Assembly: GCA_963656415.1 (NCBI GenBank)
Contig: CAVKIG010000001.1
Coordinates: forward strand, 1,770 to 65,769
DNA length: 64,000 bases
Source: a bacterium
GTDB taxonomy: Bacteria; Bacillota; Clostridia; Christensenellales; CAG-917
Reading direction: 5' to 3'
Below are positions 34,246 to 43,770 of the stretch, piece after piece (within the stretch, counting starts at the first letter, position 1; each line of letters starts with the position of its first letter). The notes under the pieces were generated by a model that made no database searches, was not told the origin of the DNA, and was given only the letters and a program-made list of their open reading frames with translations. The translations under genes and the position numbers were made by a program.

Positions 34246-36648
34246 ATGAAACCGTATACAAAAAAACGTAGATTTTTCGACATAAAAACGCTTCTTGTCG
34301 CCGCGCTTTTCATATTGACGGCGATTTTGGTTTTGCTCCCGCAAAATTCGACTTCGGTCGCAAATGCCGACGAGCAATCCTATCGCGTGCTCTTTCCGAC
34401 AGGCAACTATTTTCAGTCTTCGTCACCCGCTCTCGTTGGCGCAAACAGAGATTATCTCGTGATTTACGACGATTCGAACAAAACCCTTTTCGTCAGAGCG
34501 GACGAAGAATGGACGTATTCTCTCGATTTTGAAGATGTCAAAGGCATTTTCGTCATAGAAAACGTCGTGTTTATGCATGCGGACGAAAAATATTACACTC
34601 TCGACCTTTCCGACAAAAATTCTTCCGTGCAAGAGCGCACTCTTCCGTCTCCTGCGGACGTGACGTTCTTCAATAGCGACGGCACTTATCTCTACGCGCA
34701 CTCTGCGGCGGGCAGAATCACCATATACGACAAAAATCTCGAAGTTGCACTCGGCGTTGACAATCTCTACGATCCCGACACGCTCGCAGGAAAAATCGTA
34801 GTTGCGGGCGAAGGCGCAAATCTCATCGTGTTCTCAACGGAATACGCGTCACCCGTCTTTATCACCTACGACGCCACGACGAAAGCAAAGTCCATAAAAG
34901 GCATCACGCACCATATCGGCGAAGCGTACGTGGGCGACGTTGTGTACGCTCTTGAAATTATTCAGCAATCAACCGCAAGCGACGCACAAAAGCGCATCGT
35001 GTGCATTGACAAAACGAGCGGCGAATTACTTTTTGCAACGGAAATCAATCCAGACAAATTCTTTGCGTTCGGCAACAGACTTTTCACCATTCAGGACGGC
35101 GGAGTCACGGTGTATGCGCTCAACGACGAACACACCGCTCTCACCGAAACGCAAACGATAACCATGTCGGGCAGCGATTTGAGACACCTTAACAACCCCG
35201 TTGACGTCGTTCGCTATCAAAACGAAACCGTCGTAGCGGACAAAGGAAACGACAGAATCGCATTCCTTTCCCAAGCAGGCGTTATGACTGCGCTCCCGCT
35301 TGAAGAATCTCCGCTTTCTTTGTGTGCAGGCGACGTTCTTTATGCCGTCACGGACACGAAGGTGTTGCAGATAAAAGACAAAACCGTTTCGGGCGAAATC
35401 GAGATTGACGGAGTTATTGACACGGCGTATCTCGGCAGTCTTTATATGCTCAGACAAGACGGCGTATACGTGCTTCTTGCAGGCAACGCCGTGAAAATAT
35501 TCGACGTTGACAACGCAAAGCGTATCACCGCCGCAGAAGACGGAACGAACGTGCATATTCTCACAAACGACGCCATACTCACGATAAATCGTTCGGGGCA
35601 ACGTCTTCCGGACCTTGCAAACGGCGACTTCACCGACGCCGTAGATTTAGCAGTGGATTATCAAGGCAAAGCGTTCGTTGCATACGCAAACCGCATCGAT
35701 TACGTTTTGGGCGAAGAAAGCGGCTCGTATACGCTTGTCAATCCTTCTCTCAAAGCAACCTTGACGAGCGCACACCTTGACGGTCAGACGATATTCTTCA
35801 CCGCAAGCGAATGTTTTGTAGGCGCGCTGGACGTGCAAGCCGCAACCAAGCAAAACTACGCTTTCACCGCCCCCGAGATAACAAACGGCGCATACCACTT
35901 TGCCAAAGCGAAAGACGGCGCAATGTTCTTCTCCATTGACGGACGCATAGAAAACGTGTCCCTTGCAAGCAACGATACGATTATCGTTTACGAAGACACC
36001 GACGTGAACGGAATGAAATACGCACGTGTTGCCGATAAACTCGTCGTCATCGACAAATCGCAGTTTGACAGTGTTGAATGCGGCGCATTAAGCGGCGATT
36101 ACGTCACGAAAGGCGAAACGACGCTCTTCAAACTCCCCTACGTCGAAGACGGAAAAATCGCACTCGGCTCGGGTGTTAGAATGACTCTTAAAAGTGACGT
36201 TGCGGGCTACGATTCGTCCGTTTGGGTGATTGCAACCTATCAAGGTCAAGAGTATTTCGTCAAACGCTCGGACGTTGCCGAATACGTTGAAATCGTGGAA
36301 GAAAAAGATAAAGTGTACGGCAAGGCCAATGCGGACAGAGTTGGCGGTCTTGTGAACGTTTACGCAGATCAATCCACCGACAGCGAAGTCATTGCCCAAA
36401 TCGTTGACGGCAGCAAAGTGGAAGTGCTTGAAACTCTCGACGATTTTTATCTCGTTTCCTATGACGGAAAACTCGGCTACATTCTCAAATCGCAACTCAA
36501 AATCGGCACTCTCACCACCGTACAAATCGTGGCAATCGTTCTTTCAATCGTCGTTGCAATTGCAGGCGCGGCAATCTTTGCGTCCGTGTATATGACAAGA
36601 AAGAACGCCGACGAAAAGAAAAAAGAGCAAGACCAAAAACGTTTCTGA
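34246..36648 (+). CDS. Secreted/anchored protein with beta-propeller-like (NHL-like) region, two SH3b-like domains and a C-terminal TM helix
   Basis: ORF 34228..36648, trimmed to the ATG at 34246 (MKPYTKKRRFF + hydrophobic signal). It has an NNPVDVV...ADKGNDRIAF NHL-like repeat and SH3-like blocks such as LGYILKSQLKIG. A TM helix sits near the end. Confidence 0.55.
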   Translation: MKPYTKKRRFFDIKTLLVAALFILTAILVLLPQNSTSVANADEQSYRVLFPTGNYFQSSSPALVGANRDYLVIYDDSNKTLFVRADEEWTYSLDFEDVKGIFVIENVVFMHADEKYYTLDLSDKNSSVQERTLPSPADVTFFNSDGTYLYAHSAAGRITIYDKNLEVALGVDNLYDPDTLAGKIVVAGEGANLIVFSTEYASPVFITYDATTKAKSIKGITHHIGEAYVGDVVYALEIIQQSTASDAQKRIVCIDKTSGELLFATEINPDKFFAFGNRLFTIQDGGVTVYALNDEHTALTETQTITMSGSDLRHLNNPVDVVRYQNETVVADKGNDRIAFLSQAGVMTALPLEESPLSLCAGDVLYAVTDTKVLQIKDKTVSGEIEIDGVIDTAYLGSLYMLRQDGVYVLLAGNAVKIFDVDNAKRITAAEDGTNVHILTNDAILTINRSGQRLPDLANGDFTDAVDLAVDYQGKAFVAYANRIDYVLGEESGSYTLVNPSLKATLTSAHLDGQTIFFTASECFVGALDVQAATKQNYAFTAPEITNGAYHFAKAKDGAMFFSIDGRIENVSLASNDTIIVYEDTDVNGMKYARVADKLVVIDKSQFDSVECGALSGDYVTKGETTLFKLPYVEDGKIALGSGVRMTLKSDVAGYDSSVWVIATYQGQEYFVKRSDVAEYVEIVEEKDKVYGKANADRVGGLVNVYADQSTDSEVIAQIVDGSKVEVLETLDDFYLVSYDGKLGYILKSQLKIGTLTTVQIVAIVLSIVVAIAGAAIFASVYMTRKNADEKKKEQDQKRF

Positions 36649-36686
36649 GATCAAAACAAAACGACTTTGAATTTCTAATATACATC

Positions 36687-36716
36687 AAAAAAGCACCGAT
36701 ATTTCGGTGCTTTTTT
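36687..36716. terminator. Bidirectional terminator between the convergent 806-aa gene and degV
   Basis: AAAAAAGCACCGA-TATT-TCGGTGCTTTTTT. Confidence 0.8.
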
Positions 36717-36790
36717 ACACGTAGTTGATTGTTTGTGAATAGCATTTTATAAATGCGCTTTAGAAAATCATCAAAACGCTTTTTGTCTGA

Positions 36791-37657
36791 TTATCTGTCT
36801 TTTCTCGGTTGTCCCATAAAGAACACGGAAAGCGCATTGTAGCCTGCACAGCCCGACACGAGACGGTTGATATATCCGTATTTGACGGGAACGCCGCCCG
36901 AGATTTGCTCGATTTGTGCGCCGAATGCGTGTGCTTCTTCGGGGCAATTGGTGTGACCGATAAGGATAAAATCGTTGTCGCTCGGGATATAATTTTGCTT
37001 GAAGAACTTCACCATTTCGGCAATGGATTTCTTTCTGCCGATAGACTTTGTGACGATGCCGATCTTGCCTTCCCTTGTGAGTTCGAGCACCGGATTGATA
37101 TGCACGATCATTCCAAAAAGCGCGGCGAGCGTTGAGATACGGCCGCTGTTGCGAAGATTGATAAGGTCGCTGACGATGAAACAATGGTGAGCGTTGAGCT
37201 TGTTGTTTTCCACCCATTCGGCGATTTCTTCCATGCTCTTGCCTTCTTGTTGCATCTTTCTTGCATAGTAGAAAAGCAAGCCTTCGCCGCCTGCGCCCGA
37301 TAGCGTGTCCACCACGATGATTTTGCGCTCGGGATACTTGATTCTCAACCCTTTTGCGATATAGGAAATGTTGTCAAAACTTCCCGACATACCCGACGAA
37401 AAGCCTATATACAGCACGTCTTTGCCTTCTTGCAGCACTTTTTCAAACTCGACTTCTGCATCGTGCGGATTGATTTGCGATGTTCTTACAAGTTTGCCCG
37501 CTTTGAGTTTTTCATAAAAAAGTTCGATGGGATACTCGTCGTCGCGCTCGTAAAATCTGTCTTCAAGCGTAAAAGAAAACGGAAGTCTGCGCGCAGGATT
37601 CTGCTCGTAATATCCTTCGTAAAGGTCTGCAGTGTTGTCCGTAACTATTTCAAACAT
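36791..37657 (-). CDS. DegV family fatty-acid-binding protein
   Basis: IVTDNTADL N-terminus and GFSSGMSGSF motif. 288 aa. Confidence 0.85.
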   Translation of the reverse strand: MFEIVTDNTADLYEGYYEQNPARRLPFSFTLEDRFYERDDEYPIELFYEKLKAGKLVRTSQINPHDAEVEFEKVLQEGKDVLYIGFSSGMSGSFDNISYIAKGLRIKYPERKIIVVDTLSGAGGEGLLFYYARKMQQEGKSMEEIAEWVENNKLNAHHCFIVSDLINLRNSGRISTLAALFGMIVHINPVLELTREGKIGIVTKSIGRKKSIAEMVKFFKQNYIPSDNDFILIGHTNCPEEAHAFGAQIEQISGGVPVKYGYINRLVSGCAGYNALSVFFMGQPRKDR

Positions 37658-37853
37658 AAAATGCTCCGTTTCAAGATTTTTTTAATCTTATAGATAAAAT
37701 CTATATTTGATATTTTATCATATACGCGCGCTTTTGTAAATATAAAAATCACCCTGCGGCGATTTTGCGTTTTTGTCGATTTCAAAAGCCGTCATTCGCT
37801 TGCGTTTTTGCTCCGTTGAGAGCATAATATGCGCAAAAGGAAAGGGAAACTCT

Positions 37854-39161
37854 ATGGCACTTTCAATATCCATGTTTGTTCTTGCAAGCATAGGAATATT
37901 AGTCTCCACTCTGTTCGATTTGAACGTAAAACTCGGCAAAGTCAAAATCGGACTATACTGGGTCATACCGCTTGTCATAGCGGTGATTTTGCTATTGGCA
38001 AAAGGTGTGGACGCAAGCGCGGTATGGGCGCAGTTTACTTCAAAAGACGCCATGAATCCGCTCAAAATTCTCGTGCTTTTCCTTTCAATGACCGGGCTTT
38101 CCGTCTATCTTGACGAAATCGGATTTTTCAGATGGCTCGCAAACGCAACACTCAAAAAAGCAGGCGCAAGTCAGAAAAAATTGTTTTTTCTGCTCTACAT
38201 CGTCACTTCCGTTCTCACCGTTTTCACGTCAAACGACGTTATCATACTCACGTTCACGCCATTTATCTGCTATTTTGCGAAAAATTGCGAGATAGACCCC
38301 GTGCCGTACATCGTCACGGAATTCGTTGCGGCAAACACCTGGAGTATGCTGTTTATAATCGGCAATCCGACTAATATTTACCTTGCCACAACATACGGCG
38401 TAGGATTTGCGGAATATCTCAAAATGATGGCAATTCCCACCGTCTTTGCAGGACTTTGCTCGTTGGCGATTTTGTACGCACTTTTTGCAAAGAAACTCAA
38501 AGAGCCGCTAAAACCGCACGAACAAGACGAAAAAATAGACGATAAACCCTGCCTTATCATCGGGCTTGTCGGTCTTTTTGTCTGCACCGTTATGCTTGCA
38601 ATTTCTTCGTATATCGGCGTTGAAATGTGGTTGGTAAGTCTCGTTGCGTGCGCCGGTGTGCTCCTTATATGCTCCGTAGTCACTTTATGCGAGAAAAAAT
38701 CGCTTAAACCGATAGGAAAAACGATTGCGAGACTCCCCTGGCAACTCGTGCCGTTTCTTCTTTCGATGTTCGTAATCGTTTTGTCGCTCAGCGAATGCGG
38801 AATCACCGAAAACGTTGCGGCGTCTCTGCAAAAAATAGATTGCGCGTTTTCTTTCGGCACGACGAGCGCACTGTTTGCAAACCTTATAAATAACATACCG
38901 ATGTCCGTTCTTTACTCGAAAGTGCTTGAAAGCGTATCCGCTCAAAACCTGCCTGCCGCTTTGTATGCGTCCGTCATCGGCTCGAATCTCGGTGCGCTTT
39001 TGACTCCCATAGGCGCGCTTGCCGCGATTATGTGGAACGCAATTTTGAAAAAACAAAACGTTCGTTTCACATTTGTGGACTTCGTATGGCGCGGTTTTCT
39101 CGTCGGTATTCCGTCAATTTTATGCGCAATTGCAGGGCTTGAAATTTCACTGCTATTCTGA
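37854..39161 (+). CDS. ArsB/NhaD-superfamily anion permease (citrate-transporter-like)
   Basis: ORF 37773..39161, trimmed to the ATG at 37854. About 11-12 hydrophobic segments, with a duplicated GNPTNI / GSNLGALLTPIGALA motif pattern typical of this fold. Confidence 0.65.
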   Translation: MALSISMFVLASIGILVSTLFDLNVKLGKVKIGLYWVIPLVIAVILLLAKGVDASAVWAQFTSKDAMNPLKILVLFLSMTGLSVYLDEIGFFRWLANATLKKAGASQKKLFFLLYIVTSVLTVFTSNDVIILTFTPFICYFAKNCEIDPVPYIVTEFVAANTWSMLFIIGNPTNIYLATTYGVGFAEYLKMMAIPTVFAGLCSLAILYALFAKKLKEPLKPHEQDEKIDDKPCLIIGLVGLFVCTVMLAISSYIGVEMWLVSLVACAGVLLICSVVTLCEKKSLKPIGKTIARLPWQLVPFLLSMFVIVLSLSECGITENVAASLQKIDCAFSFGTTSALFANLINNIPMSVLYSKVLESVSAQNLPAALYASVIGSNLGALLTPIGALAAIMWNAILKKQNVRFTFVDFVWRGFLVGIPSILCAIAGLEISLLF

Positions 39162-39237
39162 CGTTTTTCACTTTCTGTGTTGTATTTTCTCAAATCCTGT
39201 GATAAAATTTAGCAACGAATACAATAGTAAGGTATAT

Positions 39238-40431
39238 ATGGACTACTCAAAAAAACTCAATCCGATTGCAAGAGACATAAAGCCGTCGGGCATACGCGAA
39301 TTTTTCGGGATAGCCGCAACGAGAAAAGATTGCTTATCTCTCGGCGTTGGCGAGCCGGACTTTTCCACCCCGACAGCCTTTTCGCAAGCGGGCATAAACA
39401 GCATCAACGCCGGCAAAACGCAATACACCGCAAACGCGGGACTTTTTGAACTGCGCGAAGCGATTGCAAAGTACACGAAAAGTTTCATCGGCGTTGAATA
39501 CGCCCCAAGCGACGAAATCATCATAACCGTCGGCGCAAGCGAAGGCGTTGACGCGACTTTCCGCGCAATTTGCGCTCCGGGCGACGAGATACTTATACCC
39601 GAGCCGTGCTTTGTTTGCTACGCGCCGCTCGTGAGCCTGTGCGGCGGCGTCCCCGTCCCGATAGATTGCAAAATCGAAAACGAATTCAAACTCACGCCAA
39701 ATCAACTCGAAAGCGCGATTACTCCGAAAACAAAATGCCTTCTTTTGTCCTATCCCAACAACCCTACCGGTGCGATTATGGAAAAGGACGACCTTGAAAA
39801 ACTCGTACCTATCATCAAGAAACACGACCTTTTGGTGCTCTCCGACGAGATTTACGGGGAACTTGTTTACGACGGCGCAAAATTCACTTCCATAGCGTCT
39901 CTTGACGGAATGAGAGAGCGCACGATTGTCGTGAGCGGATTTTCAAAATACTTTGCAATGACGGGTTGGAGACTTGGATACGTTTGCGCGCCCAAAGAGA
40001 TAATCGACGTGATATACAAGATTCATCAATACGCAATAATGTGCGCGTCGACTTCCGCCCAGTACGTTGCGCTCGAAGCACTCAATGCGTCGTTTAAGGA
40101 CGATTTCAAGGAAGTGGGCGCAATGCGAGACACCTACGACGAAAGACGAAAATATCTCGTCGGACGGCTCAACGAAATGGGGCTTGATTGCTTCACTCCG
40201 CGCGGCGCGTTCTACGTCTTCCCTTGCGTCAAATCAACAGGCATGGACGGCGAAGAATTCGCGTACGCACTGCTCGACGCAAAAAACGTTGCGGTAGTCC
40301 CGGGCGGCGCATTCGGAAAAAGCGGAAAAGACTTTGTGCGCATAAGTTATGCCTATTCTCTCGACGTGATTAAAAAGGCACTCGACCTTATCGAAGAGTT
40401 CATAAACGAAAACAAAAAAGAAAAACAATAA
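39238..40431 (+). CDS. Class I/II pyridoxal-phosphate aminotransferase (aspartate aminotransferase-like)
   Basis: ORF 39073..40431, trimmed to the ATG at 39238. SLGVGEPDF, YPNNPTG and SGFSKYFAMTGWRLGY (PLP lysine motif). Confidence 0.85.
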   Translation: MDYSKKLNPIARDIKPSGIREFFGIAATRKDCLSLGVGEPDFSTPTAFSQAGINSINAGKTQYTANAGLFELREAIAKYTKSFIGVEYAPSDEIIITVGASEGVDATFRAICAPGDEILIPEPCFVCYAPLVSLCGGVPVPIDCKIENEFKLTPNQLESAITPKTKCLLLSYPNNPTGAIMEKDDLEKLVPIIKKHDLLVLSDEIYGELVYDGAKFTSIASLDGMRERTIVVSGFSKYFAMTGWRLGYVCAPKEIIDVIYKIHQYAIMCASTSAQYVALEALNASFKDDFKEVGAMRDTYDERRKYLVGRLNEMGLDCFTPRGAFYVFPCVKSTGMDGEEFAYALLDAKNVAVVPGGAFGKSGKDFVRISYAYSLDVIKKALDLIEEFINENKKEKQ

Positions 40432-40494
40432 CTACAAACTAAAAACACCTATAACCACAATGTTTTGCACCTAAAACGTTAAATACGACGATAT

Positions 40495-40530
40495 AAAAGC
40501 GCGATTTTTCAAACGAAAAATCGCGCTTTT
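40495..40530. terminator. Bidirectional terminator between the aminotransferase and the AcnX operon
   Basis: AAAAGCGCGATTTTT-CAAACG-AAAAATCGCGCTTTT. Confidence 0.8.
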
Positions 40531-40552
40531 GCTTATAGTTTTGTTGCTTAAA

Positions 40553-40993
40553 TCAGCCGATAGTGACAGTGCCGTCCTTTGAAATGGTCACGGCATCGCC
40601 GGTGTTGACGGATTTAAGGAATTCGTCGCCGAGTTGGTCGATTGCAATAACGTTGCTGTCTTCCCAAATTTTTGCAAGAACGATTCCGCTTGCGGCAAGC
40701 GAGTCTATATGGTCTGCAAAAAGGAACGCCGCAGGATTGATACCCATAGAGCATACCGTCTGAATTACGAGACCACCCGTTGTCGAACCTATGGTTTGCG
40801 GCAGGCAAAGCACTTTGCCCGTGATGTTGAGCCCGAAAATATCTTTGTTGTTCTGGTCGCTGACAATGACTTGTTTTGCGTTGGTGAGCGCACTCTTTTG
40901 GAACGTTGCGAGAGTGTTGACGCCTTGTCTCGAAACTACGGCTTCGCCCTTGAAGTCGCCGCCTGCAATAACTCTACCCTTAAAAGTTTTCAT
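40553..40993 (-). CDS. Aconitase X swivel-domain subunit (DUF126)
   Basis: MKTFKGRVIAGGDFKGEAVV... with the IGSTTGG motif. The ATG at 40993 has AAAGGAG 8 nt upstream. Immediately downstream of the DUF521 gene. Confidence 0.75.
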   Translation of the reverse strand: MKTFKGRVIAGGDFKGEAVVSRQGVNTLATFQKSALTNAKQVIVSDQNNKDIFGLNITGKVLCLPQTIGSTTGGLVIQTVCSMGINPAAFLFADHIDSLAASGIVLAKIWEDSNVIAIDQLGDEFLKSVNTGDAVTISKDGTVTIG

Positions 40994-40998
40994 AGTCT

Positions 40999-42285
40999 TC
41001 ACTCCTTTCCTGCGATGATGTTGACGAGATCCGCCGTCTTATAGTATCTTGCGATGCTGTACGTGCGGAGTTTGTTGGAGCAAGTCGCAATGGATTTGCC
41101 CTTGGTGAGCGGATTGTTGGTGTACATAAGCGGACAAATGCTCGTGAGTTTCGCTCCCGTTGCGATAAGTCTGGCGTATGCGGGAGTTTTCTTGAATTTT
41201 TCAACGACGTCGGGAGCGGAGCAAACGATTGTTTCGAGCGCGACTTTCTTTTTGCCGTTTTGTTTGAGTGCCTTTTCAATCATATCCGTCCATTCGTTGA
41301 GTTGGATGAACGTAAGGTGCGGACAGCCAACAAATGCCATAGTCGGCTTGCTGTCGGGCTTTTTCCACATATTCGGATAACTCTTGTACACTCTTTCGAG
41401 TTCCGCGTCGTCGATGACGTACACTTTCGGGTTTTCCACAATGAGTTTTTCGTCTAGTTCTTTCGCTTCGGGCGTGAGATTGTCGATGTGATAGAGACCG
41501 ACTGCGCCGTTTGATGCGGTTGCCGCGCCGAAATCTTTGAGATATCCCTTGTTTTCGTCGTTAAGTTCACTGCCTATCCACTTATCGAGACCGTAAACGT
41601 AAGGAACGTCTTCAACGACTTTCATGCCGATTGCGCTGCCGAGAATTTGCGCTTCGGGGATTTTCGTCGTTTCGACCTTGACAATCCAGGTTGCTTTTCT
41701 GCCTTCGTCGGTGAGAAGACCGAATTCGGGGACATAACCTATGATAGAACCGAAAAGATCGAGCATACCGCTGTTGCGGTTGCAACGTGCGCCGAGAACG
41801 GAGTTTGCATAAACGACTGCACTGGATTCCGCCCAAGAAAGAACGTCGCCTTTCTTCGGAACGTTGCCGACTTCGTCAAGATAGCACGCGCAAGTGAATG
41901 CGTTTGCGTCTTTGAGCCCCACCGCTTTCAACTGCTCTTCATAGCGTTGTTGCTGCGAATACATAACCTTTTCGTTGACGAGTCTGTCAAGAAGCGAATA
42001 CTTGACGTTTGCTCTGTCGAGCGGGCGCGGGTCAACCGTGAACGTGCCTTGCGTCTTGATACCGTCCGCAATAAGTCTGTCCATGGTTTTGTAGAGCGGT
42101 TTGAGCAACCCGATGCCGAAACTCGTGACGAGATGCCCTTCCTTGTGAGTCACTTCAACCAAGCGTTTTGCTCCGAAAATGTCTCCGAACATAACCAAGG
42201 TTTCCATAACCATTGCCTTCGTTTTGCCCTGCTTGCCGTTGAGAATGTCAACTTGCTCGGGCGTGAGTTGCATTTTGTAATCCAT
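40999..42285 (-). CDS. Aconitase X catalytic subunit (DUF521)
   Basis: 428 aa with a typical DUF521 N-terminus (LTPEQVDILNGKQGK...). Paired with DUF126 as in two-subunit AcnX enzymes. Confidence 0.75.
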   Translation of the reverse strand: MDYKMQLTPEQVDILNGKQGKTKAMVMETLVMFGDIFGAKRLVEVTHKEGHLVTSFGIGLLKPLYKTMDRLIADGIKTQGTFTVDPRPLDRANVKYSLLDRLVNEKVMYSQQQRYEEQLKAVGLKDANAFTCACYLDEVGNVPKKGDVLSWAESSAVVYANSVLGARCNRNSGMLDLFGSIIGYVPEFGLLTDEGRKATWIVKVETTKIPEAQILGSAIGMKVVEDVPYVYGLDKWIGSELNDENKGYLKDFGAATASNGAVGLYHIDNLTPEAKELDEKLIVENPKVYVIDDAELERVYKSYPNMWKKPDSKPTMAFVGCPHLTFIQLNEWTDMIEKALKQNGKKKVALETIVCSAPDVVEKFKKTPAYARLIATGAKLTSICPLMYTNNPLTKGKSIATCSNKLRTYSIARYYKTADLVNIIAGKE

Positions 42286-42347
42286 AATACCCCTTTACGC
42301 AAATGAATGCGTCAAAAATAGTCCTTCTCAAAACGCGCCGTATGCGC

Positions 42348-42388
42348 ATCTACACATATATTTTACTATGTAGATAAATAATTATCAA
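42348..42388 (-). promoter_or_regulatory. AcnX operon promoter (TTGATA-17-TAAAAT) with embedded palindrome ATCTACA-N14-TGTAGAT
   Basis: Minus strand: -35 at 42388..42383 and -10 at 42365..42360. The 7-bp inverted repeat arms (42348-42354 / 42369-42375) straddle the -10. Confidence 0.5.
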
Positions 42389-42564
42389 TACCGAATTTAA
42401 CGTTTGTATGAAATTTTTTTACGGTTTTTCTCATTGTTGACTCAAAAATTCAATAGAAATCGTGCAAAATGCAAGAAAACGAGCGTTTTGCTCGTTTTCT
42501 TATAAAAGTTCTGAATACGCTATGACTTTATAGCTATATTGCAATGCGCTCGGTCTTTAAACCG

Positions 42565-43686
42565 TCACGTTTCTATTGCTATGAACGGAACGAATATTTC
42601 GTCTTCGCATGCGCCTGCGTGCATTCCGATGAAAGCGTCTTCTTCGGGTTCAAACGGATTTATACAAGTTTTGCCCGTTGCAACCGCAACGTAATCCCCC
42701 ACGAAATCTTCAAATCTCGGATTTGCCTTTCCGTTGCCGAAAAGTCCGTCTTTTATCGCTTCGTCGCGGCTAAACAAAATATAGTCGTCTCCGAACGCCT
42801 GCGTAAACGCTTTTTCAAATCTTTCTTCCATTCCCTTTTTGACGAAGAGCGACAAAGCGCGCGATTCTATTGACGGCACGCGAATGAGACACTCGGCAAT
42901 TTCGGGATAATCGCAAAGCGATTTCCACTCGACGTCAACGAGACCGTGATCCGCCGTTACTATCACGAGCGTATCTTTAAGATCTGCGCACAGTTTTTCC
43001 ACTTCGTCGTTTATAAGGCGTATTTGCTCCCCGACTCTTTCGTCCGTCGTTCCGTAATCGTGCATATCGTGGTCGGGCTGATTCCAATAGGTATAAATAT
43101 ATTTTTCACTGTCTTTTTCACAAAGTTCGCGCACTATGTCACACGTGTTATGCACGGATTCCGTCTTTATAGTGCCGTGTTTTGACACAAAATACGCCTG
43201 TTTGCCCGCTCTAATGATTTTCTCTTCCACCGTATCGAACGAAATTGCGGTTTTTGCAACTGGATAATCGGCGGCGATTTCGTCTTTGCCGAATATCGTA
43301 TTCGTAAAAATACAAACGTTTTTATCAATTTCTTTGAAATAGAGTGCCCAGCCGAGCCAACCGTGTTCCATAGGCGTAAGCCCCGTTTCAATCGCAGTTG
43401 TCGCGGCGGTCGTCGTCGGCGGATACACCGAGCAAATCGGTCGGATAAGATGAGCACGCAAAAACGGCGCAACTTCCTTGTGTTTTTCAAGGATAGCCGT
43501 TCCCATTCCGTCAAACAACATAACCACGACGTTTTTATAGACTTTTGCGAGCAATTCGTCCATATCTTCGAGCGTTGGATGAGCGTACTCCGCGCCGAAA
43601 CGTTTAAGCACCGAGCAAGCCATAGACACAAGCGAATCGTCGTAATCGATTTTAATTCTTTTGTCCATTTTGCGCGTATTTAACAA
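42565..43686 (-). CDS. Alkaline-phosphatase-superfamily protein (type I phosphodiesterase/nucleotide pyrophosphatase-like)
   Basis: MLFDGMGT...YPPTTTAATTAIETG (metal/nucleophile Thr region) and TADHGL. The start is ambiguous between TTG at 43686 and ATG at 43668. Confidence 0.65.
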   Translation of the reverse strand: MLNTRKMDKRIKIDYDDSLVSMACSVLKRFGAEYAHPTLEDMDELLAKVYKNVVVMLFDGMGTAILEKHKEVAPFLRAHLIRPICSVYPPTTTAATTAIETGLTPMEHGWLGWALYFKEIDKNVCIFTNTIFGKDEIAADYPVAKTAISFDTVEEKIIRAGKQAYFVSKHGTIKTESVHNTCDIVRELCEKDSEKYIYTYWNQPDHDMHDYGTTDERVGEQIRLINDEVEKLCADLKDTLVIVTADHGLVDVEWKSLCDYPEIAECLIRVPSIESRALSLFVKKGMEERFEKAFTQAFGDDYILFSRDEAIKDGLFGNGKANPRFEDFVGDYVAVATGKTCINPFEPEEDAFIGMHAGACEDEIFVPFIAIET

Positions 43687-43770
43687 TAAGTTTGTTTGTA
43701 TTTTGATATATTAAATGCGCGATACACACGGTTAGATGCCGTATATCGCGCATTTTTCATTGGTTTGGTT

